NCBI GenBank assembly: GCA_964612595.1
Contig: CAZTFB010000001.1
Span: 387,058-451,057 of the forward strand
Length of the DNA stretch: 64,000 nucleotides
Direction: 5' to 3'
DNA from: an uncultured Gammaproteobacteria bacterium
GTDB lineage: Bacteria > Patescibacteriota > Microgenomatia > UBA1406 > HO2-37-13b
Shown here: piece by piece, positions 36,504 through 47,145 of the stretch
Numbering within the stretch: position 1 is the first letter of the stretch
How the letters are laid out: each line of letters starts with the position of its first letter
Notes under the pieces: generated by a model
The model's database searches: none
What the model saw: the letters and a program-made list of their open reading frames with translations, nothing else
What the model was told of the DNA's origin: nothing
Translations under genes and position numbers: made by a program

Positions 36504-38825
36504 TTAGTTTTGAACGTTAAATAGTAATGCTATACCCGATGCCCCCACTAGATCGTTTGATCCCTCAAGATTAATAAATAGGAATTTGTGTATTCCGTTA
36601 CTGAGTGTGGTTGTATTCAAGTTGAAAGTACCCTTGAAATCATTTGGTATATCCATCATAAGCGTCCCAGATATGTGACCACCTGGAGTAACGTGCTGAT
36701 TAGGATCAGCGAAAACCATACTTCTACTAAAGCTTCCACATCCACCATTAAATTCGAGCTGGATAGGTACCGTGCCTCTTACAGTAGGAATTGCTTCGCC
36801 ACTACTAAATAGCTGATCATAGTTACTTATAATAGTTCGATGATACGTTCCACAGTTCTCATCTCTTGCTATCATTTGACAATTAGGTCGATAACCAGCC
36901 TTTGTTTGAAAGTTGTTTGACAAGTACCATCTGTGATTACCTGCTGCTGGAGAGTTGGGACTATTTGGCGTAAAACGCAACTCAGTTGAAGTTCTAAAAT
37001 CACTAGCTCTTAGCGTAAATACACACTTATCATTATTTTTACACTCTCTACCCTCTCCATTCACACCCGTACCTGATTGACAAGGTGGTAAGTTTATGGC
37101 GTGTTGTTGATATGTACTTCCTTGGTTTTGAACTCTACACATATTAATTGTTGAATTATCGTTATATCGAACAAGTGTTGCAGGCATTTGAATATCATTG
37201 TTCAGCGCAACCTTTCCTCCACATGTATTTGGAAAGTTATATTCGAAGTGCCAATGTGAAAGTTTGTGAAAATTACTTCCATACACAAAATCTCGTGTCG
37301 ACATTCCTCCAAGATCCGAGACATGAGCACTCCAACCTTGACCTGAATATGGAATAAAGCCCTGAGGAGCGTTAGGATAAATTCCACCAGGATACTGACC
37401 TGGAATTGGGGTTGGTAAAGGTGCTGAAGTCGCGACAATTGTAGTAGGATGAGGAACACTTGTTGTATGTGGAGTCGTAGGCTGAGGGATATTTGTTGCG
37501 CGCGGAACACTAGTTGGCTGTGGTGCACTTGTGGGTTGCGGCGCACTTGTTGGCACACCTGAACCAGCAGCCGTAATGCGGAACTTATCTATATATGCAT
37601 TTGCCTCACGCCCATGAAAATGCAATTCGTGTGTCCCTTGCGTAAGCGAAAAGACAACTGGATTTACACTAGGATTTTCAGCACTTCCCGAACCGCGATG
37701 ATTAACATTCTGCCAATTACATGTTGATGAGGAGCCAGTTGGGGTTAGTATCCAAGACTCACTATTACCAGATGGATGTCTATCAAACTGGATATAAAAG
37801 GAATTGTTGTCAATAGTAGCTGCACACACAAGTCCCTGAACAATATAATTGCCTGTTTGAGGAATAGTGACGGAATAATGTACCTCTCCGTTATTAGCTA
37901 TGCCGCCAGTATTTGATACTGCTTGAAAAACGCGTCCATCTTGCACTTGGAATGGAACAGTAATTTGTCCACTTTCTGCCTCAAATTCGAGACCTGAGAC
38001 CTGTGGAGTTGTTGGTTGTGGTGCAGGAACACCGTTCGTGAGTTGTAACGTTATCGCTGCTACAACTGCATTAAAGTCAGGTAGAGTGATTTTTCCATCA
38101 CCATTAAAATCACATCTCGTATTAGCGGTAACATTTTGATTAAATGTGCGTACAACCTCAGCAAAATCGATGAGCGATGCACGATTATCACTGTTACAAT
38201 CGCCTTGTGATCTTCCTGGTGGCGATGATGGTGGTTGACCACCGCCAGAACTTATATTCAACTGTAGCGGAAGCATGCCAGAAAAATTTGTTCTATTAAC
38301 CTCTCCACTCAGATACTCTGAAGCTGTTACCATTGGCTCTGATGTGCCATTATTTTTTACTTTAATTTCTGTTGTGCCCTGTCCAATTACTTCAAAGACT
38401 GCATTTGCAACAGTTGCCCTACCTTGAAGTGATGATCCTCGTGCTGCACCAAATGCAGCTGACATTGAATTTGACCCAACGGTAGGATCCTCAAGTACCT
38501 CCGTGAGTGCTCCGGCGTTAGTTAGACTAATAGGACGAACTTTCGTAGGATCAAACTCCAAAGTAAAATCAATGCCACTGACGTGAAGTTGAGAGTCAAG
38601 AATAAGATTTACTGTTATCTGATTACCTGGAGATACTGTAGTGGACCCTGTATGAAGAATTACATCGACCCGATCTGGCGTTTCCGCAGCACTACTCCTT
38701 GGATCCTGCTTTTCGTTCACATTGAGCAATCCTACGACAAGTGCCGTAACCATCACGAAAATGCCTAATACAGGTAGCGCTTTTTTTCCCATCATATAAA
38801 TTGTCCCGTTGAATGAAGGGTACAA
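36504..38825 (-). CDS. Large secreted scaffold-type protein: cohesin-like module, dockerin-like module, CBM-like beta-sandwich, PQPTS linker and an unknown Cys-containing C-terminal domain
   Basis: Cohesin-like: VDVILHTGSTTVSPGNQITVNLILDSQLHVSGIDFTLEFDPTKV...FEVIGQGTTEIKV. Dockerin-like: DCNSDNRASLIDF...DFNGDGKITLPDF. CBM-like: LEFEAESGQITVPF...GNYIVQGLV...NSFYIQFD...GTHELHFHGREANAYIDKFRI. Linker: TSAPQPTSAPQPTSVP. Confidence 0.65.
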   Translation of the reverse strand: MYPSFNGTIYMMGKKALPVLGIFVMVTALVVGLLNVNEKQDPRSSAAETPDRVDVILHTGSTTVSPGNQITVNLILDSQLHVSGIDFTLEFDPTKVRPISLTNAGALTEVLEDPTVGSNSMSAAFGAARGSSLQGRATVANAVFEVIGQGTTEIKVKNNGTSEPMVTASEYLSGEVNRTNFSGMLPLQLNISSGGGQPPSSPPGRSQGDCNSDNRASLIDFAEVVRTFNQNVTANTRCDFNGDGKITLPDFNAVVAAITLQLTNGVPAPQPTTPQVSGLEFEAESGQITVPFQVQDGRVFQAVSNTGGIANNGEVHYSVTIPQTGNYIVQGLVCAATIDNNSFYIQFDRHPSGNSESWILTPTGSSSTCNWQNVNHRGSGSAENPSVNPVVFSLTQGTHELHFHGREANAYIDKFRITAAGSGVPTSAPQPTSAPQPTSVPRATNIPQPTTPHTTSVPHPTTIVATSAPLPTPIPGQYPGGIYPNAPQGFIPYSGQGWSAHVSDLGGMSTRDFVYGSNFHKLSHWHFEYNFPNTCGGKVALNNDIQMPATLVRYNDNSTINMCRVQNQGSTYQQHAINLPPCQSGTGVNGEGRECKNNDKCVFTLRASDFRTSTELRFTPNSPNSPAAGNHRWYLSNNFQTKAGYRPNCQMIARDENCGTYHRTIISNYDQLFSSGEAIPTVRGTVPIQLEFNGGCGSFSRSMVFADPNQHVTPGGHISGTLMMDIPNDFKGTFNLNTTTLSNGIHKFLFINLEGSNDLVGASGIALLFNVQN

Positions 38826-38858
38826 TAAAAAAACTTTTGTGTCAATGTAATTTTTCAG

Positions 38859-39608
38859 TTATTTTATGTCCAACAATATTTGCCCTACTTCAACAGGAAG
38901 ATAGTCTCTATATGTTAAGGCTGTAATCTTTGTATTTTCTGATGATCGTATTGTTGCTACACCCTTGCTCTTTGCCTGGATAGTTAAGTTTACCAATGGC
39001 TTAGACGGATCAAGTAGCTGCGAGGGGGTCCCGCCAAGAATAATTTTTAATGATCCATTATTTATTTGTGCAGCCGAAAGGGTTGTTGGCAAAGCACCAC
39101 CACTGACTGCTTGCTGTAGCACAATATTTTCTGGAAATGTAAGATGTAATTCCACAGTAGTAATTTTTTTGTTTCCTGGATTTACCATCACTGGAACAAT
39201 AATGGAATCACCAGTCCTTACTTCATTTGAATAGTTAAAATAAACGCTTACGTTATCATTCATTACAACCGGAGTTGGAGATATCACCTGTTGACTTTTT
39301 TCATTTCCTCGATCTAATATCTTTCTCCATAGGCTGTTTTGTTGCTTATTTTCAATAGGACTTACACTTGGTGAAAAGCCTGTATTGGTTTCAATTGGTA
39401 CACCTATTTGATTTTGTAAAGTTGTTGATTTTTTCTCTAGATAACTTCTGAGAAAAGCAATCATGAGAATGACAAATAGCAATAAAAACAAGAGCAAAAG
39501 GAGTATTAATAATGTTTTTTTGCGTTTTTCTTGATCTGAATTTCCCTCAGATGCAGCCATTGATGCATTCGGATCAGGTTGTGCGTTATAGTCCATATTA
39601 AGAATCAC
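38859..39608 (-). CDS. Membrane-anchored single cohesin-like module protein
   Basis: TM helix (LLILLLLLFLLLFVILMIAFL), then SVYFNYSNEVRTGDSIIVPVMVNPGNKKITTVELHLTFPENIV...LVNLTIQAKSKGVATI. Confidence 0.55.
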   Translation of the reverse strand: MILNMDYNAQPDPNASMAASEGNSDQEKRKKTLLILLLLLFLLLFVILMIAFLRSYLEKKSTTLQNQIGVPIETNTGFSPSVSPIENKQQNSLWRKILDRGNEKSQQVISPTPVVMNDNVSVYFNYSNEVRTGDSIIVPVMVNPGNKKITTVELHLTFPENIVLQQAVSGGALPTTLSAAQINNGSLKIILGGTPSQLLDPSKPLVNLTIQAKSKGVATIRSSENTKITALTYRDYLPVEVGQILLDIK

Positions 39609-39619
39609 AAATTTATAAG

Positions 39620-40891
39620 CTATTGAGCTCTACATACCCCATACTGTGCATGCACAAGATTCCAGTCAATAAGATTGACAATACTATCTCCATTTAGATC
39701 GCCAATATTCGTTTGTCGCCCATAGTTGGCATGAACAGCATTATATTCAACAAGATTACAGCATCCATCATTATTTATATCACAAAGAAGCGGAGCAGAG
39801 GTGGGTTGTGGTGATGTTGGTTGGGGTGCACCACCACCAACATCTGCCAGGTAGCCGTCTGGACAATTGTTTAGCTGTAGGTCAGACCAATCGTAAATTC
39901 TATAGTCTGCGCCGGGATCATTATGAATGGCAAGAAAACCATTGGGATATCCTGGGACCGATGCTGAGGTGACATCAAGACTATCTGTCCCAGATGATCC
40001 TTGCGCGGTAAACGTCCTAACCAGAGTGTTGGTTTGAAGATCAAAAACTTTAAAGTTACTTGCTCCCTGATTTGAGGAAACGAGATATCCATTGCCATTC
40101 CCACATTGATATATTGCTGCACCCTCATAATCAGGAGTTAATCCGTTACCTTGAATTACAGAAAGTCTCGTCTTTGGAGTAAGTGATGCATCAGCATAAT
40201 ATATGTGTGTTTGTGCCGGATTTTCCTCATTAACGTATATCTTTTTTGATGCGGTGTTAACCACAAATCCTTCAGCAACGTTTATACCAACATCAGTATT
40301 AAGATTACGCATAAAGGTACTTGTCACAACACCCTGGGCACCAGATATTTTCCAGTGTTTAATTGGAGCAGAGCTCTTTGATTTATCAAAACACTCCAAA
40401 TCTGTTGTGGATGGATTACGCCAACATGCCCACCCATAACTATCGGAAGATATTGAGGTTCCTGATGATGTAGGACCAGCAAGTTGAGTTACTACATTGT
40501 TAATTGTCCAATCATGATTAATTTTCCAAACGCCAATTTTTCCCAATCCTCTCAGGTTTGCTACAAACACATCTGTATTCTGACCTCCAAAGTTAAAGTT
40601 GTATACTACAGATCCATTATTTAAACTTGTGGTGAGCGGTTCTGTGTCAACTCTATTTCCTTGCAAATCCCATATACAGAATCCAGCATCTTTATCGGTG
40701 CCAAAGATTAGTGACTTTGCTTTGTTTGTCGGATGGATCCAGATAGCGGTATCATCGGCATTCGCATTACATTTGAGTGGACCAAGCTTAGGTTGGATAG
40801 TTAATGATTGTGCAAAAGTCGAAGGTGAAGATACGAAAATCAGTAAGAATAGAACAATGTATGCTGATGCGGATACAATTACATGCCTCAT
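39620..40891 (-). CDS. Secreted beta-propeller phytase-like (BPP/3-phytase family) protein with C-terminal dockerin-like module
   Basis: NADDTAIWIHPTNKAKSLIFGTDKDAGFCIWDLQG and GLTPDYEGAAIYQCGNGNGYLVSSNQGASNFKVFD parallel Bacillus PhyC ([65 protein letters not shown]), as recalled from memory. The C-terminus reads APQPTSPQPTSAP then DINNDGCCNLVEY...DLNGDSIVNLIDW. Confidence 0.75.
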   Translation of the reverse strand: MRHVIVSASAYIVLFLLIFVSSPSTFAQSLTIQPKLGPLKCNANADDTAIWIHPTNKAKSLIFGTDKDAGFCIWDLQGNRVDTEPLTTSLNNGSVVYNFNFGGQNTDVFVANLRGLGKIGVWKINHDWTINNVVTQLAGPTSSGTSISSDSYGWACWRNPSTTDLECFDKSKSSAPIKHWKISGAQGVVTSTFMRNLNTDVGINVAEGFVVNTASKKIYVNEENPAQTHIYYADASLTPKTRLSVIQGNGLTPDYEGAAIYQCGNGNGYLVSSNQGASNFKVFDLQTNTLVRTFTAQGSSGTDSLDVTSASVPGYPNGFLAIHNDPGADYRIYDWSDLQLNNCPDGYLADVGGGAPQPTSPQPTSAPLLCDINNDGCCNLVEYNAVHANYGRQTNIGDLNGDSIVNLIDWNLVHAQYGVCRAQ

Positions 40892-42303
40892 TACTCCTCG
40901 GGGTCAGCTGTCACTTCGATAAGTCCAAACTGCGCTATAAATACTGCATAGTCATGTATCGATACTCTTCCATCACGGTTACAATCAATTATTGAGTTTC
41001 TCGTTTGATCATTCCAGATTTCAAGAGCAAGATTGAGGTCGAGTTGGTCAACAATATTATCTCTCTGATTACCTGGTCCTGTAATATTCATGCAGAGTGG
41101 TGGATGAATGACACATCTATTGGCCTCACACTTTCCTACTGGACAAGGGGAGGTTATGCACGATACCGCACATTGACTGTCTGATGTGCATTGCGCACCT
41201 GATGTTGGCAAGACAGAGGTTGGTTGTGGTACACCGGTCGTTGGCTGAGGAGCACTCGTTGGTTGTGGCACTGAAGTAGGCTGTGAAACACTTGTTGGCT
41301 GAGGTATATATGTAGGAATCGATCCACCTGTGGTGGCCCCAACACTGATCGATCCTCCTGTACAACTTCCGACTGCAGAGATGGAACCATCTCCATTTAC
41401 AATAGCCAAATCCATCTCATCCCCACAGGATATGGCTGACATTCCATTTGCGATAGCGTTGAATGTCAAAGTACCGGCAATAAAGTCGCCAGTTACACCT
41501 CTTAAAGATGGGTCTGTTGTGGGATCGCTTGGAGGATTTGCACCCAAGGTAATACATGCCTTTCCTCCACTAAGTACTGCGGACTCAATGACGACAGGCA
41601 AATGCTCGCTAGGATTAAATGATACTGGTTGTACAACTGAGGGATTATAGTTTATACAAAACTCACCAGCCGCAATTCGCTGTTGAGTACTAATACGTAC
41701 ATCAACCGTTGTGGTTTGACCGTTTGAAAGAATCGGATTTATAACATCAAGCGAAACCGCTGCTGGATTCTGGATAACTGTTCTTCCGACCCAAAAAGTT
41801 CTATTCGATAGCTCTCCAACGTTACTTTCGGTATGGGAGATGTCGTACGCCTCGGTATTAACATACTGCAACACACTTGCTCCCACCTGTACACCTCTGA
41901 GGCGAAGCTCTGCAAAGCGCTGTCTTCCAGATAATGGAGATGCTGAGCCTACTTGGATACACGCAGTGTTCCCGTTAATAGTTCCAGGAAGAAGCTGTGT
42001 CGAGAACACACCTGTTGAATTCAACGATACAATTTGGAGATTGCTATTTACTTCTATACATGTACCAATAGCTGACATTCCTTGACCATCAGCATAAAGA
42101 TCTACAGAAAATTCTTGGTTTTGATCAATTTGTAGAACACTTGTATCGAATGAAAGATCTATTGCTGATCCAGATGCCTGACTTCTAAGGTCTTGTTGTT
42201 CGTTTAACTTACCAATAAGAAGAATCAAAAGCGCGATCAAGCCTAGAAAAAAAGCTATCTGAACGACCGGTTTTGTATTACGGAATTTATTCAAAATATT
42301 CAT
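40891..42303 (-). CDS. Secreted adaptor protein: two cohesin-like modules, PQPTS linker, Cys knot, degenerate dockerin-like module
   Basis: Two cohesin-like modules are read: IDLSFDTSVLQIDQNQEFSVDLYADGQGMSAIGTCIEVNSNLQIV and VSLDVINPILSNGQTTTVDVRISTQQRIAAGEFCINYNPSVV. The linker is PQPTSVSQPTSVPQPTSAPQPTTGVPQPTS. The C-terminus has DCNRDGRVSIHDY. The start is placed at ATG 42303 (the track gives 42339). The stop overlaps the next start by 1 nt (TAATG). Confidence 0.6.
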   Translation of the reverse strand: MNILNKFRNTKPVVQIAFFLGLIALLILLIGKLNEQQDLRSQASGSAIDLSFDTSVLQIDQNQEFSVDLYADGQGMSAIGTCIEVNSNLQIVSLNSTGVFSTQLLPGTINGNTACIQVGSASPLSGRQRFAELRLRGVQVGASVLQYVNTEAYDISHTESNVGELSNRTFWVGRTVIQNPAAVSLDVINPILSNGQTTTVDVRISTQQRIAAGEFCINYNPSVVQPVSFNPSEHLPVVIESAVLSGGKACITLGANPPSDPTTDPSLRGVTGDFIAGTLTFNAIANGMSAISCGDEMDLAIVNGDGSISAVGSCTGGSISVGATTGGSIPTYIPQPTSVSQPTSVPQPTSAPQPTTGVPQPTSVLPTSGAQCTSDSQCAVSCITSPCPVGKCEANRCVIHPPLCMNITGPGNQRDNIVDQLDLNLALEIWNDQTRNSIIDCNRDGRVSIHDYAVFIAQFGLIEVTADPEE

Positions 42304-42351
42304 ATTGTGCGTACTTCTACAGGGTACAAGAACAGACAATAGTTTGTCAAA

Positions 42352-42915
42352 TTATTCTTTACTACATGCATAATTTTGTAGCAATATACCATAGTCATAT
42401 ATATTCACGATACAATTATTATCAATATCTCCAGGAGTCTCACAGGTAGTCTGACCAAAATTTGCCTTAATTATTTCAACATCTGCAAAATCTACAGATC
42501 CGTCACCATTAACATCACCATCACACGACTTACTCTCAGGATTTGTTGACGGCACAAGAGGCGGCTCGGTGGTTGGTTCAAGTATTACTTCCGTTGGCAA
42601 TAATGTGGGTTCAACTGTGGGTTCAGTTGTCGGTACAGACGTAGGTTCAGATGTAAGCCCAGGAGTTGCTGTTGAAGATAATTCTAATGTTGGATCTACA
42701 ACAATCTCGGTCTGTACTTCCGAAGGAACAATCTCCGTCACCACTAACTCCTGCGTTTTTTCTTCTAGCGCTACGTCATTGGCAACATCAACCACTGGCC
42801 CATCTAACTCATCTGCAAACTTGCCAGGAACTTGGGGAGACTGAACTAAGTATGTTGAAAAACCAATAGAAATAATAAGAAACAAGACAAAACCAAGCAG
42901 TAAGGAATTCTTCAT
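42352..42915 (-). CDS. Small anchored protein: TM helix, acidic/PT linker and dockerin-like module
   Basis: DVNGDGSVDFADVEIIKANFG...DIDNNCIVNIYDYGILLQNY is a two-segment dockerin pattern. Confidence 0.65.
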   Translation of the reverse strand: MKNSLLLGFVLFLIISIGFSTYLVQSPQVPGKFADELDGPVVDVANDVALEEKTQELVVTEIVPSEVQTEIVVDPTLELSSTATPGLTSEPTSVPTTEPTVEPTLLPTEVILEPTTEPPLVPSTNPESKSCDGDVNGDGSVDFADVEIIKANFGQTTCETPGDIDNNCIVNIYDYGILLQNYACSKE

Positions 42916-43001
42916 TTTAGTTCTAAGTTCAATCTATATAGCAAAATTGTACACGATACTTTGGGGATTTGGAATATAAGACTCCATAGGCTACAATATA
43001 C

Positions 43002-44615
<1,614 letters not shown>

Positions 44616-44617
44616 AG

Positions 44618-44977
44618 TTATCCTAAATTTAATAACTCGTTAAGCGTCATTCCATCAAAAAGTTCTCGTTCATACATATCTAACCACGATTCAGTCAAAT
44701 ACTGAAGTAGAATAACTGTTTCTTGCAACTCATCTGTTGAGAATTTTTCCAACAAACTACCTAAAATAATCCGTGCCTGCTTGATAGATTTATCTTCACG
44801 ATTTTGCTCTGGAAAAATTTGACTAAGGAGCGCTGTCGTTGCATCTTGTTTTAGCGTGGGTTTATTATTAGAATGTGAAGTAGAAGCTGGAATATGAGTC
44901 TGGGATTGAAAGGGCACGATATTCTGATTTGCAGATTTTTGATTAATACTTATTGGTAACGTTTGAGTAAATTCCAT
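44618..44977 (-). CDS. Hypothetical protein (119 aa) directly upstream of the integrase
   Basis: Three-nt gap to the integrase start and divergent from the XRE gene. No motif recognised. Confidence 0.45.
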   Translation of the reverse strand: MEFTQTLPISINQKSANQNIVPFQSQTHIPASTSHSNNKPTLKQDATTALLSQIFPEQNREDKSIKQARIILGSLLEKFSTDELQETVILLQYLTESWLDMYERELFDGMTLNELLNLG

Positions 44978-44994
44978 GATTTTGTTATGATGGA

Positions 44995-45034
44995 CTATCC
45001 ATACTATGGATAGTATATATCCACAACATGGATA
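44995..45034. promoter_or_regulatory. Two palindromic operator-like sites sharing the half-site TGGATA(G)
   Basis: CTATCCATA c TATGGATAG (44995..45013) is a perfect 9-bp inverted repeat. TATCCA caaca TGGATA (45018..45034) is a 6-bp inverted repeat. Both lie in the 131-nt divergent intergenic region. Confidence 0.6.
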
Positions 45035-45093
45035 GTGTCAAGGGGTAAATTAGAAATAGTAACTAGTGACCCATAGTATTATTTAGGCCTATA

Positions 45094-45102
45094 TGTTATA
45101 CT
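45094..45102 (+). promoter_or_regulatory. Extended -10-like element TGTTATACT placed 6 nt before the XRE start codon (leaderless-type arrangement)
   Basis: The TGn-TATACT element ends at 45102 and the ATG is at 45109. No Shine-Dalgarno sequence lies between them. Confidence 0.35.
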
Positions 45103-45108
45103 AGAAAT

Positions 45109-45309
45109 ATGGGAAATGATAAAAAGGAACAATTAGATAAACAGTTAAAAGCAGTTCGACTCAAGAAAAAGCTAACCCAAGTACAAATGGCCGAACTACT
45201 TGAAATGAATGACAATTATTATGCTCGTCTTGAAAGAGGAGAGAAAACGCCGTCAGTTGCTACACTTAGAAGAATAACTGATAAACTGCATATTACAATA
45301 AAGCTTTAG
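45109..45309 (+). CDS. XRE-family helix-turn-helix transcriptional regulator (66 aa)
   Basis: LKAVRLKKKLTQVQMAELLEMNDNYYARLERGEKTPSVATLRRITDKL is the HTH_3 pattern. Confidence 0.85.
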   Translation: MGNDKKEQLDKQLKAVRLKKKLTQVQMAELLEMNDNYYARLERGEKTPSVATLRRITDKLHITIKL

Positions 45310-45390
45310 AACAAGTCGTAGCTTTACTTCACTGATCGTTTTTGATATACTTCCACCTTACATAGCTTGTTAGAGCAAGCTCAACGTCCT

Positions 45391-46158
45391 ATGTCAATTC
45401 AATATAACATAGCAAATCTTAAAGACGCATTCCCTTCATACTTTCATCCGCTATTTTCTCTCTTGTCCACCCCACATATTCTCAATAACTTTTTTATAAT
45501 CAGTGGACTTATCATTCTTATCTTAATTACAGCTATCTTTATTATTAGCTACATACGGATTAAACGCTTTCTTTCCGGCTCTTATACAATCCTTGAAGTA
45601 AAGCCAACGTATAAAACACTCCAAAGCGCGTTTTCAACAGAACAGTTATTTGCCGTTGTTCATTCCCTAGAACAACCTATTTCACTTTTTGAACGGCTTA
45701 TTGGATTAAAACACATCATCGGTTGTGAGCTGGTATCAACCAAAAAAACGGGAATCAGGTATATACTCCGTATTCCATATGAGGATATAACTTCAATTAA
45801 AAAAAGCTTACTTGCGTATCTTCCTGGTGTTGAAATACAAGAGACAACTGATTATTTACCCTCTCATATCGAGAATATTCCCTCTGATAAGTATTTCTCT
45901 ATGAGAGAGTTCATCTTGAAAAAACCCTATGTGCTACCACTCAAAAATCAATCAGTCCTGAAAGAATACGATCCGATTGCCTACATAACTTCTCATATGA
46001 CCAAACTTGATGTGGATGAATTAGTCGCATTGCAGTTTATCTGCACCCCTGTTGTGTCTCGTACTCATGGTTCTGTTTTTACCCATACTCACAAACTTAA
46101 TGAAAAATTACTATCCGACAAAGATATTTCTCGACTGATATATGGATGTAAAAAATAA
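45391..46158 (+). CDS. Membrane protein; possibly the N-terminal remnant of a T4SS coupling-type protein
   Basis: One TM helix, then ILEVKPTYKTLQSAFSTEQLFAVVHSLEQP...IRYILRIPYED...LPGVEIQE. This resembles N-terminal domains I recall in CPR conjugation-type ATPases. No ATPase domain follows. Confidence 0.3.
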   Translation: MSIQYNIANLKDAFPSYFHPLFSLLSTPHILNNFFIISGLIILILITAIFIISYIRIKRFLSGSYTILEVKPTYKTLQSAFSTEQLFAVVHSLEQPISLFERLIGLKHIIGCELVSTKKTGIRYILRIPYEDITSIKKSLLAYLPGVEIQETTDYLPSHIENIPSDKYFSMREFILKKPYVLPLKNQSVLKEYDPIAYITSHMTKLDVDELVALQFICTPVVSRTHGSVFTHTHKLNEKLLSDKDISRLIYGCKK

Positions 46159-47143
46159 CACTCAAGATCAAATTGTATTAAATCCTCAGAAAAATTTGCC
46201 CGAGAATTTGTCGCAAACAGATATAAAACCAAAATTTTCTGCAAAGAAAAAAGTCATTATTATAATAACCACACTCCTTATTTTTGTATATTTTTTTCGA
46301 TTACCCTCAACATTATCATACATTCTTCTTGTAAGTATTCAGGGAAATTCTGTTGAATTAGATAAACTACTGAAATGCCACAAAGGTGGAGCTGGTATGA
46401 GGTACTTTAATAACGGATGTGTTGATGGATGCGGATATGACGATCAAATGAGCGTCTGTACTCAGGCTTTTACATGGGGCTGTGATTGTGGAGCTAGTAA
46501 ATGTTGGGATGGAGATAAATGTATTTCAAATCCTGACAAAAAACCATACATTAGTCCTACACCGAACTTAAATATTGTCTACGCCGATGACAATAAACGT
46601 AAAACACTCGTTGAGACAAACTCTCCTGAAATAGCGATGCTTGAATCAAAAAAAGTGACAGTTAAAAATGGCGATATAGATTTCTCATACAGTTATCCAT
46701 CCAACTGGACTATAGATGAAATCTACCAAGATGATCCCGACAATACAATTAAAAGTCCCGACTACATACTCAATACAACTGAATATCCTGTACAAGAAAA
46801 TGGTACAAGCATTCAAATAGAATTGTACAGAAATATACCTGGTAAATTTATTGATCAAGAACGAAAAATTCCGGTTCCAATATCTCCTGGAATGTCCATC
46901 CAAGATTTATACTTTGGCCCATTTGGCGCGCCACTCGATCCAATTAAAGTTGTCAGCGTTGGTGGAAAAGAGGTTGTATTCTTTGCATATGGAGGAGTGG
47001 ACCAATACGCATTCCAGTTTATATTTAAAAATCATATCGTATCAATACAATATCACATCCCTGATCTTGAATTTGATCCTCAGAAACAAACATTCGAAAA
47101 GTACTTGCACGTTGTGTGGTTTATCATAAATTCATTCGAATAA
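46142..47143 (+). CDS. Membrane-anchored hypothetical protein with a Cys-rich segment
   Basis: TM helix, then KCHKGGAGMRYFNNGCVDGCGYDDQMSVCTQAFTWGCDCGASKCWDGDKC. Confidence 0.45.
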   Translation: MDVKNNTQDQIVLNPQKNLPENLSQTDIKPKFSAKKKVIIIITTLLIFVYFFRLPSTLSYILLVSIQGNSVELDKLLKCHKGGAGMRYFNNGCVDGCGYDDQMSVCTQAFTWGCDCGASKCWDGDKCISNPDKKPYISPTPNLNIVYADDNKRKTLVETNSPEIAMLESKKVTVKNGDIDFSYSYPSNWTIDEIYQDDPDNTIKSPDYILNTTEYPVQENGTSIQIELYRNIPGKFIDQERKIPVPISPGMSIQDLYFGPFGAPLDPIKVVSVGGKEVVFFAYGGVDQYAFQFIFKNHIVSIQYHIPDLEFDPQKQTFEKYLHVVWFIINSFE

Positions 47144-47145
47144 GT

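Noticed and set aside
29071-42915. Diversity-generating retroelement targeting the Cys-rich paralogs
   Set aside because: DGRs are common in CPR genomes and these paralogs look hypervariable. However, no reverse transcriptase gene or template/variable repeat pair is visible in this window.
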